A stretch of 40,662 nucleotides of DNA, taken from Chthoniobacterales bacterium (GTDB lineage Bacteria; Verrucomicrobiota; Verrucomicrobiia; Chthoniobacterales; UBA10450). The notes under the pieces are model-generated. The model was not told the DNA's origin. It saw only the letters and a list, made by a program, of their open reading frames with translations, and did no database searches. A program made the position numbers and the translations under genes. Position 1 is the stretch's first letter, and each line of letters starts with the position of its first letter. The stretch spans positions 1 through 40,662 of the forward strand of contig DATMNS010000208.1 of the NCBI GenBank assembly GCA_035568735.1, read 5' to 3'. Below, piece by piece: positions 17,137 to 27,412 of the stretch.

Positions 17137-18453
17137 ATGAGTGCGCCCGTCGAGCCTGCGGTGGAGAAGCAATTGATCCGTGCGCTCGGTGTCCCGACCC
17201 TGGCGGCGAACATCGTGAACTCGACGGTTGGGGCGGGGATTTTCGCGCTGCCGGCACTGATCGCGGCACAACTCGGCACGGCCGCGCCGCTCGCCTTTCT
17301 CGCCTGTGCGCTGGCGATGGTCGTCTTCGTCACTTCGTTCGCCCTCGCCGGCAGCCGCGTCTCGCTAACCGGCGGCATGTACGCCTACGTGGAGGTCGCC
17401 TTTGGCCGCTTCGGCGGATTTATCGCCGGGGTGCTCTATTTCCTCACCGCGATCCTTGCGACCTCCGGCATCGTGAGTCTGCTGGCCGACACGGTCGGTA
17501 CCATTTCTCCGCTCTTCGCCAACAAGCCCGCGCAATTTCTGGTCGTCCTCTCGGTCCTCGGATCGCTCGCCTGGATTAATGTTCGCGGCGTGCAATCGGG
17601 CGCCCGCGCGGTCTGGATAGTCACGATCGTGAAGCTGATCCCGCTCTTCATCTTTGTCGGTGCGGGAATATTTTTCGTTAGGCAGGCCGATGTCCTGACC
17701 ATGTCCTGGCCGGGTGCTTCCGCCCTGGGCCGCAGTGTGCTGATTCTGCTCTTCGCTTTCGTCGGGATTGAAGTTGCGCTCATTCCGAGCGGCGAGGTGA
17801 AGAATCCGACCCGCACCGTGCCGCGTGCGATCTACCTTGCTCTCGCCGTCACGACCGCGCTTTACCTCCTCATCCAATTGGTCGCGCAGGGAATCCTGGG
17901 AGGCAGCCTCGGGAAGTTTTCCGCCGCTCCCCTCGCCGAAGCGGCCGCGCGTTTTCTCGGCGGCCCGGGACGCAGCCTGCTGCTCACCGGCGCAAGTATT
18001 TCGGCTTTTGGTTTCATCACCAGCGATATCCTCAGTTCGCCCCGAATTCTCTTCGCCTTTGGACGCGATCGCTTTCTTCCGCAGGCTTTCGCGCATGTCC
18101 ATCGGCGTTTCCATACGCCCGACGTCGCGATCATCGTCTATTGTACAATCTGCGCGATCCTCTCCCTCAGCTCCTCTTTTCAGCAGCTTGCCATTCTTTC
18201 GAACGTCGCCGTGTTGGCGCTCTATTTCCTCAGCTGCGCTGCGGCCGTCCAGTTGATCCGCCGCGATGTCCGAGCCGATGGACCACCGTTCGCCTTTCGG
18301 GGCGCGTGGATCATGCCATGCGTCGGAGTCGTCATTAGCCTTTTGATCCTCGCCCAGGCGAAAAGAGAGGAACTGACACTGACCGCCGTGGTGGTGGTGG
18401 TGGCGGCGATTGTTTTTGCGGTCCAACGCACAGTCAGGAAGCCAGCCTGTTAG
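17137..18453 (+). CDS. APC family amino acid permease
   Basis: ATG at 17137 (MSAPVEPAVEKQL…). …NIVNSTVGAGIFALPA… plus about 12 TM helices. The upstream 49 codons of the listed ORF overlap the divergent gene region. Confidence 0.85.
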   Translation: MSAPVEPAVEKQLIRALGVPTLAANIVNSTVGAGIFALPALIAAQLGTAAPLAFLACALAMVVFVTSFALAGSRVSLTGGMYAYVEVAFGRFGGFIAGVLYFLTAILATSGIVSLLADTVGTISPLFANKPAQFLVVLSVLGSLAWINVRGVQSGARAVWIVTIVKLIPLFIFVGAGIFFVRQADVLTMSWPGASALGRSVLILLFAFVGIEVALIPSGEVKNPTRTVPRAIYLALAVTTALYLLIQLVAQGILGGSLGKFSAAPLAEAAARFLGGPGRSLLLTGASISAFGFITSDILSSPRILFAFGRDRFLPQAFAHVHRRFHTPDVAIIVYCTICAILSLSSSFQQLAILSNVAVLALYFLSCAAAVQLIRRDVRADGPPFAFRGAWIMPCVGVVISLLILAQAKREELTLTAVVVVVAAIVFAVQRTVRKPAC

Positions 18454-18564
18454 CCACCCCGATACCATATCTTGTGCCCGGACTGTCGCCCGCCCCAAGA
18501 TAGCGTTTATTTTCCTTGTCACCGCCGGGAGCGGGTAGTATGCACCTCCTAGTTTTCCTACCGC

Positions 18565-21500
18565 ATGCACCTTCAATCGCTCGAGCTTTTTGGGTTTAAA
18601 TCCTTTGCCGATAAGACCGTTTTCAATTTCCACGAGGGCGTGACCGCCGTCGTCGGGCCTAACGGATGCGGCAAATCGAACGTCCTCGACGCCGTCCGCT
18701 GGGTCCTCGGCGAGCAATCAGCCAAGGCGTTGCGTGGCGGCGAAATGGCCGACGTGATTTTCAGTGGCACCGATTCGCGCAAGCCCTTCGGCTACGCGGA
18801 AGTGTCCCTCACGTTTACCGACTGCGCTACCGAGCTCGGCGTCGATTGGCACGACGTGCGCGTCACGCGCCGCGTTTATCGCGACGGAATATCAGAATAC
18901 CTGCTCAACAAAACCGTCTGCCGGCTGAAAGATATCCAGAGCCTTTTTGCCGACACCGGCGTGGGGCGGAGCGCCTATTCGATCATGGAGCAGGGCCGGA
19001 TCGATCAAATCCTCAGCTCGCGTCCGGAAGATCGGCGCGCGGTCTTTGAAGAAGCCGCCGGGATCACGAAATATAAAGCGCAAAAGCGCGAGGCGCTGCG
19101 CAAGCTCGAGGCGACGGAAGCGAATCTGCTCCGGCTCGGCGACATCATCAAAGAGGTTAAACGCCAGATCGGCTCGCTCCAGCGGCAGGCGGGAAAAGCA
19201 CGGCGCTACCAGGCGGTGCTGGGCGATCTCCAGGTGCTCGATACGCATCACTCGCGCCGGCAACTTGATTCGCTCGAAGCCGAACTTGAACGTTCGCGCG
19301 AAGCGATCGGACGCTTCGAGGAACAGCAACACACGACCGAGCGCGCGATCGAGGAACACGAAAACGAAGTCGAGGCGCAACGCGGCCGGCTGGAGGAAGT
19401 CGACGCGCGGATCAACGACGCGCGGGCGGCGGTGCAGGGTCTGCAGAACCAGCTTACGGCGCATCGCAACCGGATCGATTTCAATCGCGAACGTGCGCAA
19501 GAATTGAGCGCGTTAATCGAGCGCTACGAGCTCGATGTGCAAACCGCGGAAACCAAGCGGGCGCAACAGGAGACGGAAATCCACGATACCGATGTGCTGC
19601 TCGCGGAAACCGAACGCCTGCTCGCGGCGAAACAAACCGAACTGGAGCAGTTGAGCGCGCGCGCGGGTGAGGTGCGACGGCAGCGGGAAGGGCGCGAGCG
19701 CGAACTGCAAACGCTCGAGCTGGCCATCTTGAAGGCGGAAAACCGACTGGCCGATCTGGAAACGGAAATCTCCGGAACGATCGACCGTCGCACCGCCACC
19801 GAGCCACGCGTCGCGGAGCTTGCGGCATCGTTAGGCGAACTTGGTGGGGCGCGCGATCTGGTCGCAACGCAACTCGCCGCCACCCGGGCCCGCGCTGATG
19901 AGCAACAGGAGGCGTTCCAGGATTTGGCCGCGCAAGTTCCCGCCGCAGAAGAAGAGCTTGGCCGCCAGCAACAACGGCTGCGGGAGGCGGAAACGGCGCT
20001 CATGGCGAGCGACCGCGCGCTCGCGGAACGGCAGTCACGTCTTGAGATCCTGCAGCAGCTCAACGCCGAGGGCGAAGGCCTGACGGAAGGCTCCCAGGCG
20101 GTCCTGCGCGGGCTCGACGATCCAGCCCGCATTCTGCCGGCGCTGAACGGCGCCCTCGCCTCGCTTATCGAGGTCGAAGAGAAATTTATTCCCGCGGTCG
20201 AAGCGGCGCTCGGGCGTAACCTGCACGCCATCGTCCTGCAAAATAGCGCGCTCGCGACTGAAATCATCGCCGCCGTCACGGCCCGGAAGCTCGGGCAAAC
20301 CGCGCTCATCGCCCCCGAGTTGAGCGTGGGTACGCCGGTCGACGCCCGCATCCTGCCCCCGGGCGCGCTCGCCTGGGCGACCGAAAAAATTCACGCTTCA
20401 GACCATCTCATACCACTCGTTAGGCACTTATTAGGCGAGGTCGCGCTCGTGGCCGATCTCGAGCAGGCGCAAAAGTTGAAGAAGAAATTCCCGGCCCTCG
20501 CCTTCGCCACCCTCGCCGGCGAACTCGTTTCCACCCAAGGCGTCATCTTCGGCGGAAGCGTCGACGGAGAAAACAGTTCGCTCTTTGCGCGCAAGGCGCA
20601 GATTGCCGCCCTCGCCGCGGAGCATCGCGCGCTCCTCGAAGAACAACAAAATCTCCGTGCGCAGCACGACGAAATTCAGCGTGAACTCGACGCCGCGGCC
20701 GAGCGCCTGGACGAAATCCGCGAGCAGCATCAAGCCGCGCGCGGGGATCATTCCGCGACCGCGCTGCAAGTTAGCGCGCTCGAGCGCGAGTGGCACGAAG
20801 CCGGTCGCAAGGTGGACGCGCTCGGTTGGGAAAAGACGACGCTTCATCAGCAACTCACCAGCGCCAGCGAGCGGGTCGCGCAATTGGAAAGCGAAGCGAC
20901 CGGCCAGAGGGAATTCCTCGTGGCCGGCCGCGAACGCCAGGTCGCGCTGCAAACCGCCGCCGAGGCGGCGCGGTTGCGCGACGAGCAACTGGTCGAGCAA
21001 TTGAGTGAATTGCGGCTCGCGGGCGCGACCGAGCGCCAGCGGCACGAAGGACTGCGCAGCCAGCGCCAGCCGATGGCCGTCCGCCAGGCCGAACTCGCCG
21101 AGTTGATCGCGGCGCGGCGCGCGGACATCGCAAATTATCAGGCCCGGCGCGAGCAGCAGAGCACCGAGAGCGCCGCCGCCGAGCGCGGAATCGAGGAAAA
21201 CAGCGCGCAACTTTCAGGCGCCGAATCCGCGGTAGCGGAAATCGCCGAAACGCGGGCGGCGCGCCTCCTGGAAGTGAATACGCTGGAGACCGATTTGCGG
21301 GCGCGCCGGAAAGCGCTCAGCGATCTGCACGACGCGCGCGGCAAGGAAGAGGTCCGCCAGACGCAAATGCAGCTCAAGATCGAAAGCATCGCCGAGCATG
21401 TCATGCGACGTTACCAAGTCGACCTGCGCGAGTTTGCGCCCGACAGCTACGCATTCACGAAAACTTTCCGTGCGCAGCTCAAACAGCGTGGGAAATCCGA

Positions 21501-22278
21501 GCCGGACGACACGGAAGCCTTCGATGAAGCGCCGCTCCGCGAAATCATCGACCAACTTACCCGCCAGCTCGACGCGATGGGGCCGGTGAACCTCGATGCG
21601 GTGCACGAATACGATGCGCTGGAGGAACGCCATGCCTTCCTCGAAACGCAAAACAACGATCTCACGGCGGCGCGCCGCGAACTGCTCGATGTCATCACGC
21701 GCATCAACCAGACGACCGAGAAACTCTTCGCCGAAACTTTCGCCCAGGTGCGGATCAACTTCCGCGAAATGTTTGCCGAGCTCTTCGGCGGCGGTCGCGC
21801 GGACCTGACGCTGCTTGACGAGAACGACGCGCTCAACTGCGGCATCGACATCATCGCCAAGCCACCGGGCAAACAATTGCAAAGCGTCTCGCTCCTCTCC
21901 GGCGGCGAGCGCACGATGACCGCGGTCGCGCTCCTCTTTGCCATCTACATGGTGCGTCCAAGTCCCTTCTGCATTCTCGACGAAATGGACGCGCCGCTTG
22001 ACGAGTCGAACATCAATCGCTTCATCCGCGTGCTCGAGCGCTTCGTCGCCCAAAGCCAGTTCATCATCATCACCCACAACAAGCGCACGATCGCGAAGGC
22101 CGACATTCTTTACGGCGTGACGATGGAAGAACGTGGGATCAGTAAACTGGTAGGCATGCGGTTGACGGGGGGAAACCCGGAGGAAGAAACGCGACCAATG
22201 CGCGCCGAACCACGGACCGAACAAAGGGCCCTCGAACTCGACGACGCGCCAGCGGAAAATGTCGCTCTCACTCGTTAG
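18565..22278 (+). CDS. smc: Chromosome partition protein Smc
   Basis: 1237 aa. Walker A GPNGCGKSN, long coiled coils, a central hinge, the signature LSGGERTMTAV and Walker B FCILDEMDAPLD. Confidence 0.95.
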   Translation: MHLQSLELFGFKSFADKTVFNFHEGVTAVVGPNGCGKSNVLDAVRWVLGEQSAKALRGGEMADVIFSGTDSRKPFGYAEVSLTFTDCATELGVDWHDVRVTRRVYRDGISEYLLNKTVCRLKDIQSLFADTGVGRSAYSIMEQGRIDQILSSRPEDRRAVFEEAAGITKYKAQKREALRKLEATEANLLRLGDIIKEVKRQIGSLQRQAGKARRYQAVLGDLQVLDTHHSRRQLDSLEAELERSREAIGRFEEQQHTTERAIEEHENEVEAQRGRLEEVDARINDARAAVQGLQNQLTAHRNRIDFNRERAQELSALIERYELDVQTAETKRAQQETEIHDTDVLLAETERLLAAKQTELEQLSARAGEVRRQREGRERELQTLELAILKAENRLADLETEISGTIDRRTATEPRVAELAASLGELGGARDLVATQLAATRARADEQQEAFQDLAAQVPAAEEELGRQQQRLREAETALMASDRALAERQSRLEILQQLNAEGEGLTEGSQAVLRGLDDPARILPALNGALASLIEVEEKFIPAVEAALGRNLHAIVLQNSALATEIIAAVTARKLGQTALIAPELSVGTPVDARILPPGALAWATEKIHASDHLIPLVRHLLGEVALVADLEQAQKLKKKFPALAFATLAGELVSTQGVIFGGSVDGENSSLFARKAQIAALAAEHRALLEEQQNLRAQHDEIQRELDAAAERLDEIREQHQAARGDHSATALQVSALEREWHEAGRKVDALGWEKTTLHQQLTSASERVAQLESEATGQREFLVAGRERQVALQTAAEAARLRDEQLVEQLSELRLAGATERQRHEGLRSQRQPMAVRQAELAELIAARRADIANYQARREQQSTESAAAERGIEENSAQLSGAESAVAEIAETRAARLLEVNTLETDLRARRKALSDLHDARGKEEVRQTQMQLKIESIAEHVMRRYQVDLREFAPDSYAFTKTFRAQLKQRGKSEPDDTEAFDEAPLREIIDQLTRQLDAMGPVNLDAVHEYDALEERHAFLETQNNDLTAARRELLDVITRINQTTEKLFAETFAQVRINFREMFAELFGGGRADLTLLDENDALNCGIDIIAKPPGKQLQSVSLLSGGERTMTAVALLFAIYMVRPSPFCILDEMDAPLDESNINRFIRVLERFVAQSQFIIITHNKRTIAKADILYGVTMEERGISKLVGMRLTGGNPEEETRPMRAEPRTEQRALELDDAPAENVALTR

Positions 22279-22328
22279 GCAGGTAGCTCTGCGGCACACG
22301 GGATATGCAGAATGCCGGTCCGCCGGAG

Positions 22329-22348
22329 GGACGCGCTGCCGCGCGTCC
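22329..22348 (+). terminator. Perfect 8-bp GC hairpin (GGACGCGC-tgcc-GCGCGTCC) downstream of smc
   Basis: Stem at 22329-22336 / 22341-22348 with a 4-nt loop, 50 nt after the smc stop. No T-tract follows, so its function as a terminator is uncertain. Confidence 0.3.
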
Positions 22349-22473
22349 GGTTCGCAAGAGTTCGCATTAAATTAAACGGTCGAGCAAATGAGAAAGCGTT
22401 TCCTTGGCCTGTTTCTCTTAACCGCCGCCATTGTCTTTGACCCCGGGTCACCGACCCCGGTGCAAGCGGCGCC

Positions 22474-23790
22474 CTAACGAGCAGTCGAAAGCGCCGCTCC
22501 CGCGTCGCCCGCCGGCAGATTTGCCGCCTTCCAATCCATCGCCATCCGGATGCGGGCGCGGCCGCTCGGGTGATCGAAGAAGATGAATTCCTCGACCGGA
22601 CCCGGATCGAGCTTGCGATAGACGCCCAGCTTGAGCGCCGCCTTCGCCATGCCATCGGCTTCGCGCGCGGTGTTGATGCCGAAGGCATCGGCCTCGCGCT
22701 CGGTCACTCGCCCCGCCGTGTTGGTGAGCGGGGTGGCAAGAAAAAAGAAGGTCGAAAAAATCAAGACGAGCAGTGGAAAGCCCGCCGGGTCCGCGATGTC
22801 CCGTACGCCCCAGCGCCCGCCCCACCGACGCACCGCCCGCTCGAAAATTGCGCGCGCAACGGCGAAACCACCAAAAATAAAAAGAGCAAAATAAAGGATG
22901 AGCTTGAACGAGTGATTGAGCACGTAATGGCCCATTTCATGCGCCATCACGGCGCGGATCTCCGGCAGGGTGCATTGCTTGAGCAGGTTGTCGTTCAGCG
23001 AAATGCGCGCGGTCCCGAAGAGTCCGGAGACATTCGCACTCACGCGATTGCTCTGACGGGACGCATCGACCTCGAACACCTGTCGCACGGGGATTTCGTT
23101 AGCGCTGGCCATCGCCAGGATCGGCTGGCTGATCTTCGGGTCGGAGATCGGTTTGTAGGTATTAAAGAGCGGGGCGACGAAAACCGGCGCGATCAGCGTG
23201 GCGATGGCAAGAAAAAGAACCCCCGCCCCGGTGCCCCATAACCACCACGTCCGCCGGGCGCACCGGAAAACGGCGTAGAGAACGAGCAAAGCGATCGTGG
23301 TTGCAATGATCGCGATCGCCAGATCGATGAGCTGTTCGCGAAACCAGGGCCCGAAGGTTTGCGTCGCCAGCCCGTAAGCATGTTCCCGGAAATACTCGGA
23401 GTAAACGCCTAACGGAAAGGAAAAAACGAAAACGAGCAGGACGTAGGGAACGGCATAAAGCGCGATCTGGAGCGACCGGAAGCGGGTAGCACGCTCCGCG
23501 AACGCACGCAAGCGCGCGGAAAGACCACTGCTTAATAGGAAAACGGAGATCGCCGCTCCGAGCAGGAAATTCCAGAGGATCAGCCAGTAGCCTCCCTCGA
23601 AGTAGGCATCCGACCGGGCTCGTTTCTCGGCCGGGACGGTGGCCAGCCAGGCGCGGGTAGCCGCGGCCGGATCGAGGGGTTTCTGCGTTTCCGGCGCGGT
23701 CGTTAGGGAGATGGAGGTGGGTTGCGCGATAACGATCAGCGGGGCGGAGCTCAAAAAACAAGCGGTCAGCAGCAAGAAAACGATTTTCAT
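22474..23790 (-). CDS. M48 family metallopeptidase (Ste24/HtpX-like, multi-TM)
   Basis: HEMGHYVLNH zinc motif, several TM helices, N-terminal signal MKIVFLLLTACFL. 438 aa. Confidence 0.9.
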   Translation of the reverse strand: MKIVFLLLTACFLSSAPLIVIAQPTSISLTTAPETQKPLDPAAATRAWLATVPAEKRARSDAYFEGGYWLILWNFLLGAAISVFLLSSGLSARLRAFAERATRFRSLQIALYAVPYVLLVFVFSFPLGVYSEYFREHAYGLATQTFGPWFREQLIDLAIAIIATTIALLVLYAVFRCARRTWWLWGTGAGVLFLAIATLIAPVFVAPLFNTYKPISDPKISQPILAMASANEIPVRQVFEVDASRQSNRVSANVSGLFGTARISLNDNLLKQCTLPEIRAVMAHEMGHYVLNHSFKLILYFALFIFGGFAVARAIFERAVRRWGGRWGVRDIADPAGFPLLVLIFSTFFFLATPLTNTAGRVTEREADAFGINTAREADGMAKAALKLGVYRKLDPGPVEEFIFFDHPSGRARIRMAMDWKAANLPAGDAGAALSTAR

Positions 23791-23879
23791 GAAGCCGGAG
23801 GAATAAACGAATTCGCCCCGAAACAGAAGCTTGTTCCCCCACGGTCTCGACTTCCGCAGGCTCGCAGTTATCTTGTTAG

Positions 23880-24251
23880 GTGAATCGGGTGGGCAGAGTT
23901 TTTCTGGCTTGGGTGGCGCTGGCGGCGTTTTGGCCCGTGACCGACGGCGTCGCGGCTAATCCGCCGCCGGCCAATGCGGTTTACGGTGCCTACCCGACCA
24001 ACTATCAGGACATTGTGACGAATTGGTTAAACGCCGCCCTGGTCGACCCGAAGAGTGTCAAAGTGAAATGGCTGGGCGAACCGAGACCGGGGGAATTGCC
24101 GGTCGGCAAGGGCCAGAAAGTAACCGGATTCCTGGTCGATTTCTCGGTCAATGCGCGAAACATTTTCGGCGCCTACACCGGTTCGCAAAAGCATACCGCG
24201 CTGATTCGCGACGGCCAGGTGGTCACCGCCACCGGTTTTGTCTATCACTAA
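23880..24251 (+). CDS. Hypothetical secreted protein
   Basis: GTG start and a signal-like VFLAWVALAAFWPVTDGVAA. 123 aa. Stop lies 3 nt before the next ATG. No family recognised. Confidence 0.6.
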   Translation: MNRVGRVFLAWVALAAFWPVTDGVAANPPPANAVYGAYPTNYQDIVTNWLNAALVDPKSVKVKWLGEPRPGELPVGKGQKVTGFLVDFSVNARNIFGAYTGSQKHTALIRDGQVVTATGFVYH

Positions 24252-24254
24252 GAA

Positions 24255-24557
24255 ATGGAGCCTAACGAAAAACGCGGATACGTCATCGTCGAGATAGAAG
24301 TGACCGATCCTGCGCGCTACGAAGAATATCGGCGCCAGGCCGAGGCCACCGTGGTTTCCCAAGGCGGAAAATATGTCGTCCGCGGCGGCGGCCTGCAGAC
24401 ATTGGAGGGCGACTGGCAGCCGAAACGACTGGTCGTGCTCGAGTTTCCGAGTGTCGCGCAAGCGCGCGCCTGGTGGAGTTGCGAAGAATACCGCGCGCCC
24501 AAGAAGATCCGGCAACAGTCGGCCGTCACTCGGATGATTCTGGTGGAAGGCGTCTGA
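24255..24557 (+). CDS. DUF1330 domain protein
   Basis: 100 aa. YVIVEIEVTDPARYEEYRRQA…GGKYVVRGG…LEGDW.P.RLVVLEFPS…A..WW.S.EY matches my recollection of the DUF1330 pattern. Confidence 0.8.
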   Translation: MEPNEKRGYVIVEIEVTDPARYEEYRRQAEATVVSQGGKYVVRGGGLQTLEGDWQPKRLVVLEFPSVAQARAWWSCEEYRAPKKIRQQSAVTRMILVEGV

Positions 24558-24558
24558 G

Positions 24559-27384
24559 CTACGGCTTGGGCGCCGCCAACTGGAGAACGGTTGGGGGCCC
24601 GGGCGACACCATTCGGAGGAGCAAGGGGCGCGCATCCGGCGCCCGGGGATGGACGTAGAAAGTCGCTTGGGAGACCGCATCATCCGAGGCCGGTCCTTCC
24701 GATGTTATCGTCAGGCTGAGGGCCCCGGAGCCGATCCCTCCCCTAACGAAAGCCTCCCGTAAAGACGGCAAATCTTCGCTCGTTCCCTTTCCCAGGAGTT
24801 GCACGGTCGAGAGATTGGCGCCGCCGCCGGGCAGGCCCACCAACTGCAGCGCGTCGTCGACCGGGGTCAGCGTCAGTCCAAAGGCCACTGGAGTAGTTGT
24901 GAGGCGCCCCCGCAGCCCAATTGGAGTCGAGTTGATTTCGAACCGCAAAGGTGCAATCACCGCCTCAGTGTTTTTGAACTGGAGTTGAGCCTCGAGGCCG
25001 GTCAGTTCCGGCCATGGCGCCGGCGGTTTGAAGCGCGCCTCCAGGATCTGAGCAGCGCCGTTGATCGAGGGAAGCTCGAGCGTATTGAAAAACGCGATGC
25101 CACCGGTCACTAGCCCGCTCTCGGCGCCAAACCGCAATTCGTTAGGCAAGGTGTCGAGAAAAAGCGCGGGGCAATCGATGGCAACCGAGAATTGACCTGC
25201 CGGCTCGATCACCGTCCCGGCGGCGAGGCGGTCTTTTCCCAGCTGCAAGGGCAGCCAGGCGCGGAGCATCACCGGGTCGGACACGCCAAAAATCGCTGTT
25301 GTTTTCACTTCGGCCCGACCATCGGCATAATGCCCCTCAAGATCGATTGAGTTGCTCGACGTGGCCGGGCCGAGATTCTCGAGCCGCCAGCTGGTCGTTA
25401 CCTGGAGAGAGCGCAGCGGACCGAAGGCGGCGAGTTTGCCGTCGACGACGCCGGTCGCGGCCGAATCCTCCCCAAGCACACTCGCGAGCTTGGCCACGTC
25501 GAGGTGATTAATCGCCAGATCGACGTCGAATTTCTGGCCTTCATCCAGGGCTGCGAGCAGGCTGCCCGAGGTGCGCCAGCGCTCGAAACTGAGGGGCAGA
25601 AAGAGCGTCCCGCTGACCCGCGGCATCCCGTCGAGGGTCAATTCCAGCGCCTGCAACTCAACGAAATTGCTCCCAAGCATGAGGAAACTGCCTAACGACA
25701 CACGGGCACTGGCCAGCTTGAAGGTGCGAAAAAAAACATCCTGCGGCGAGTAGGTGCCGACCAGGGTCACATCGAGCGGCAGACGCAACGGCGCGACCGG
25801 GAGCTGCAGCCCGTGGGCAAAGAATTGCATCGTTCCAGAATGCGCGGCCAGCGTTCCGTCGCCGCTCCAGTCGAAGGTCACGCCTCCGCCGATTTTCGAC
25901 GACCGCCACGCTGCCGGCAGAAGGGGCGCGTAGGCGCCCAAATCGTTGATCGCACCAGTCAGACGCCCGGAAAAACGATGGGGGGAAGCGAGATCGATCG
26001 CGCCTTGCGCGCGGGTGAAATCTTCCGCATGTCGCACCTCCAGATTTTCCAGGGTCGCCTCCGTGCCCCTCAGCTGGAGCGCGGCGCCTAACGAATCGAG
26101 CGCGACCCCACGAAACGTCACTCCCTCCCCGTGCAGTGCCAGCCGCCCATGCGCCTCCGGAGCGAGCGAATCGAGTTCCCCTTCCGCTGAAAGCGCCCCG
26201 GTAAAATCGCCCGTCGTCGCCCCGAGAAACTGCGCAAAGCCGTTGAGGTCGGGGATGAAGGCGTTCAACTGCCCGCGGAACGGCAACCGCGCCCAATCGC
26301 TCGCCCGCTTCGGCCAGGGCAGTTCGCCATTCACCGTCAATTCGTTCCGCCGCTGGCGCACGTAGAGTTGATCGACTTCCAGGCGCCGATCGTAGAAGGT
26401 CGCGCCGAGCATGACATTGTCGGCCCGTCGCGCCCGCCAGGCGAAGTCGGTCAGCTCGATCCAGAGCGACGCGGTCGCATCGAGAAACTCGCCTGGATTT
26501 CCGCGAAAGGTGAACTTCGAGGCGCGCACCGCGCCGGTGATCGGCTCCAGAAAACCCATTCCCTTGGAAATCTGCGCCAGCGAAAGATTGGCAGCCGAGC
26601 CCGCGACATCGACCTCAAACGTGGCGTTCGCCCGACCCTGAAAACTGGCGCGCAGGGTCCCGCCATAGGTATCGAGATGGAGATCGAGTCCGAGGCGTCT
26701 CCTGCCCAGATGCGACAGGTCGATGGTCAACCCCTCAAGATCGAGTCCCTCCACCAGCGGGATGCCAGCGATCGTTAGGCGGTCCCCTTCCCAGGAAGTC
26801 GCGCCGCGGAGATTGCCGAATGTCTGGCGCAAAACCGGCGAACTCACCGTGACCTGGCGCGCCAGAAATTTTCCGGATTCAATCGCGCTCGCCGTCAGGA
26901 AGACATCGCGCAAACTCAGGGCCGTCTCCCCGACGGCAAGATCGAAATCCAGGTGCTCGATCCGAAAGTTGTTCGGAAGCAGCCGCGCCAGCGTCCGCCA
27001 ATCCAGTTTCCTAGCCGAAACCGCCCCGGCCGGCAGACGAATGCCTGCCGTGGGACGATCCAGATTGATCGATCGAAGCAGGCGCGCCCGGCGGGAAAAG
27101 ATCCAACCGCGGAAATTGAGATCGACGACCACACGGGCGGCCCGGAAAGAAACCTCGCGCGAGGCATCGCCGGCGCGCGCGACGCGCAGATTGCGAATGG
27201 TGACCTCGCGCAGGAAAGGTGCGTCCACCTCGCCCAGCTCGACGGAGAGCTTCTGGGTCCTGGCGACCCACCAAAACCAAAGCCTGACGCCATGCGCGAC
27301 GACGACGGGCGCGAAGAGAGCGTCGAGCGCGCCGCAGAGCAGCACGACGAGAAGGAAGACGAACAAACGCTTGCGAAACGACAT
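24559..27384 (-). CDS. Large N-terminally anchored beta-rich envelope protein, TamB/AsmA-like
   Basis: 941 aa. N-terminal TM MSFRKRLFVFLLVVLLCGAL, then a long repetitive beta-strand-like sequence without cysteines or enzymatic motifs. The family assignment is by resemblance only. Confidence 0.6.
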   Translation of the reverse strand: MSFRKRLFVFLLVVLLCGALDALFAPVVVAHGVRLWFWWVARTQKLSVELGEVDAPFLREVTIRNLRVARAGDASREVSFRAARVVVDLNFRGWIFSRRARLLRSINLDRPTAGIRLPAGAVSARKLDWRTLARLLPNNFRIEHLDFDLAVGETALSLRDVFLTASAIESGKFLARQVTVSSPVLRQTFGNLRGATSWEGDRLTIAGIPLVEGLDLEGLTIDLSHLGRRRLGLDLHLDTYGGTLRASFQGRANATFEVDVAGSAANLSLAQISKGMGFLEPITGAVRASKFTFRGNPGEFLDATASLWIELTDFAWRARRADNVMLGATFYDRRLEVDQLYVRQRRNELTVNGELPWPKRASDWARLPFRGQLNAFIPDLNGFAQFLGATTGDFTGALSAEGELDSLAPEAHGRLALHGEGVTFRGVALDSLGAALQLRGTEATLENLEVRHAEDFTRAQGAIDLASPHRFSGRLTGAINDLGAYAPLLPAAWRSSKIGGGVTFDWSGDGTLAAHSGTMQFFAHGLQLPVAPLRLPLDVTLVGTYSPQDVFFRTFKLASARVSLGSFLMLGSNFVELQALELTLDGMPRVSGTLFLPLSFERWRTSGSLLAALDEGQKFDVDLAINHLDVAKLASVLGEDSAATGVVDGKLAAFGPLRSLQVTTSWRLENLGPATSSNSIDLEGHYADGRAEVKTTAIFGVSDPVMLRAWLPLQLGKDRLAAGTVIEPAGQFSVAIDCPALFLDTLPNELRFGAESGLVTGGIAFFNTLELPSINGAAQILEARFKPPAPWPELTGLEAQLQFKNTEAVIAPLRFEINSTPIGLRGRLTTTPVAFGLTLTPVDDALQLVGLPGGGANLSTVQLLGKGTSEDLPSLREAFVRGGIGSGALSLTITSEGPASDDAVSQATFYVHPRAPDARPLLLRMVSPGPPTVLQLAAPKP

Positions 27385-27412
27385 CAGCCTGGCAGCCTAA
27401 CGACGAACGCCC

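Noticed and set aside
18454-18564. Possible smc promoter (TTGTCA … TAGTAT/TATGCA)
   Set aside because: Either the spacing (14 nt) or the -10 match (3/6) is poor, which is not enough to report.
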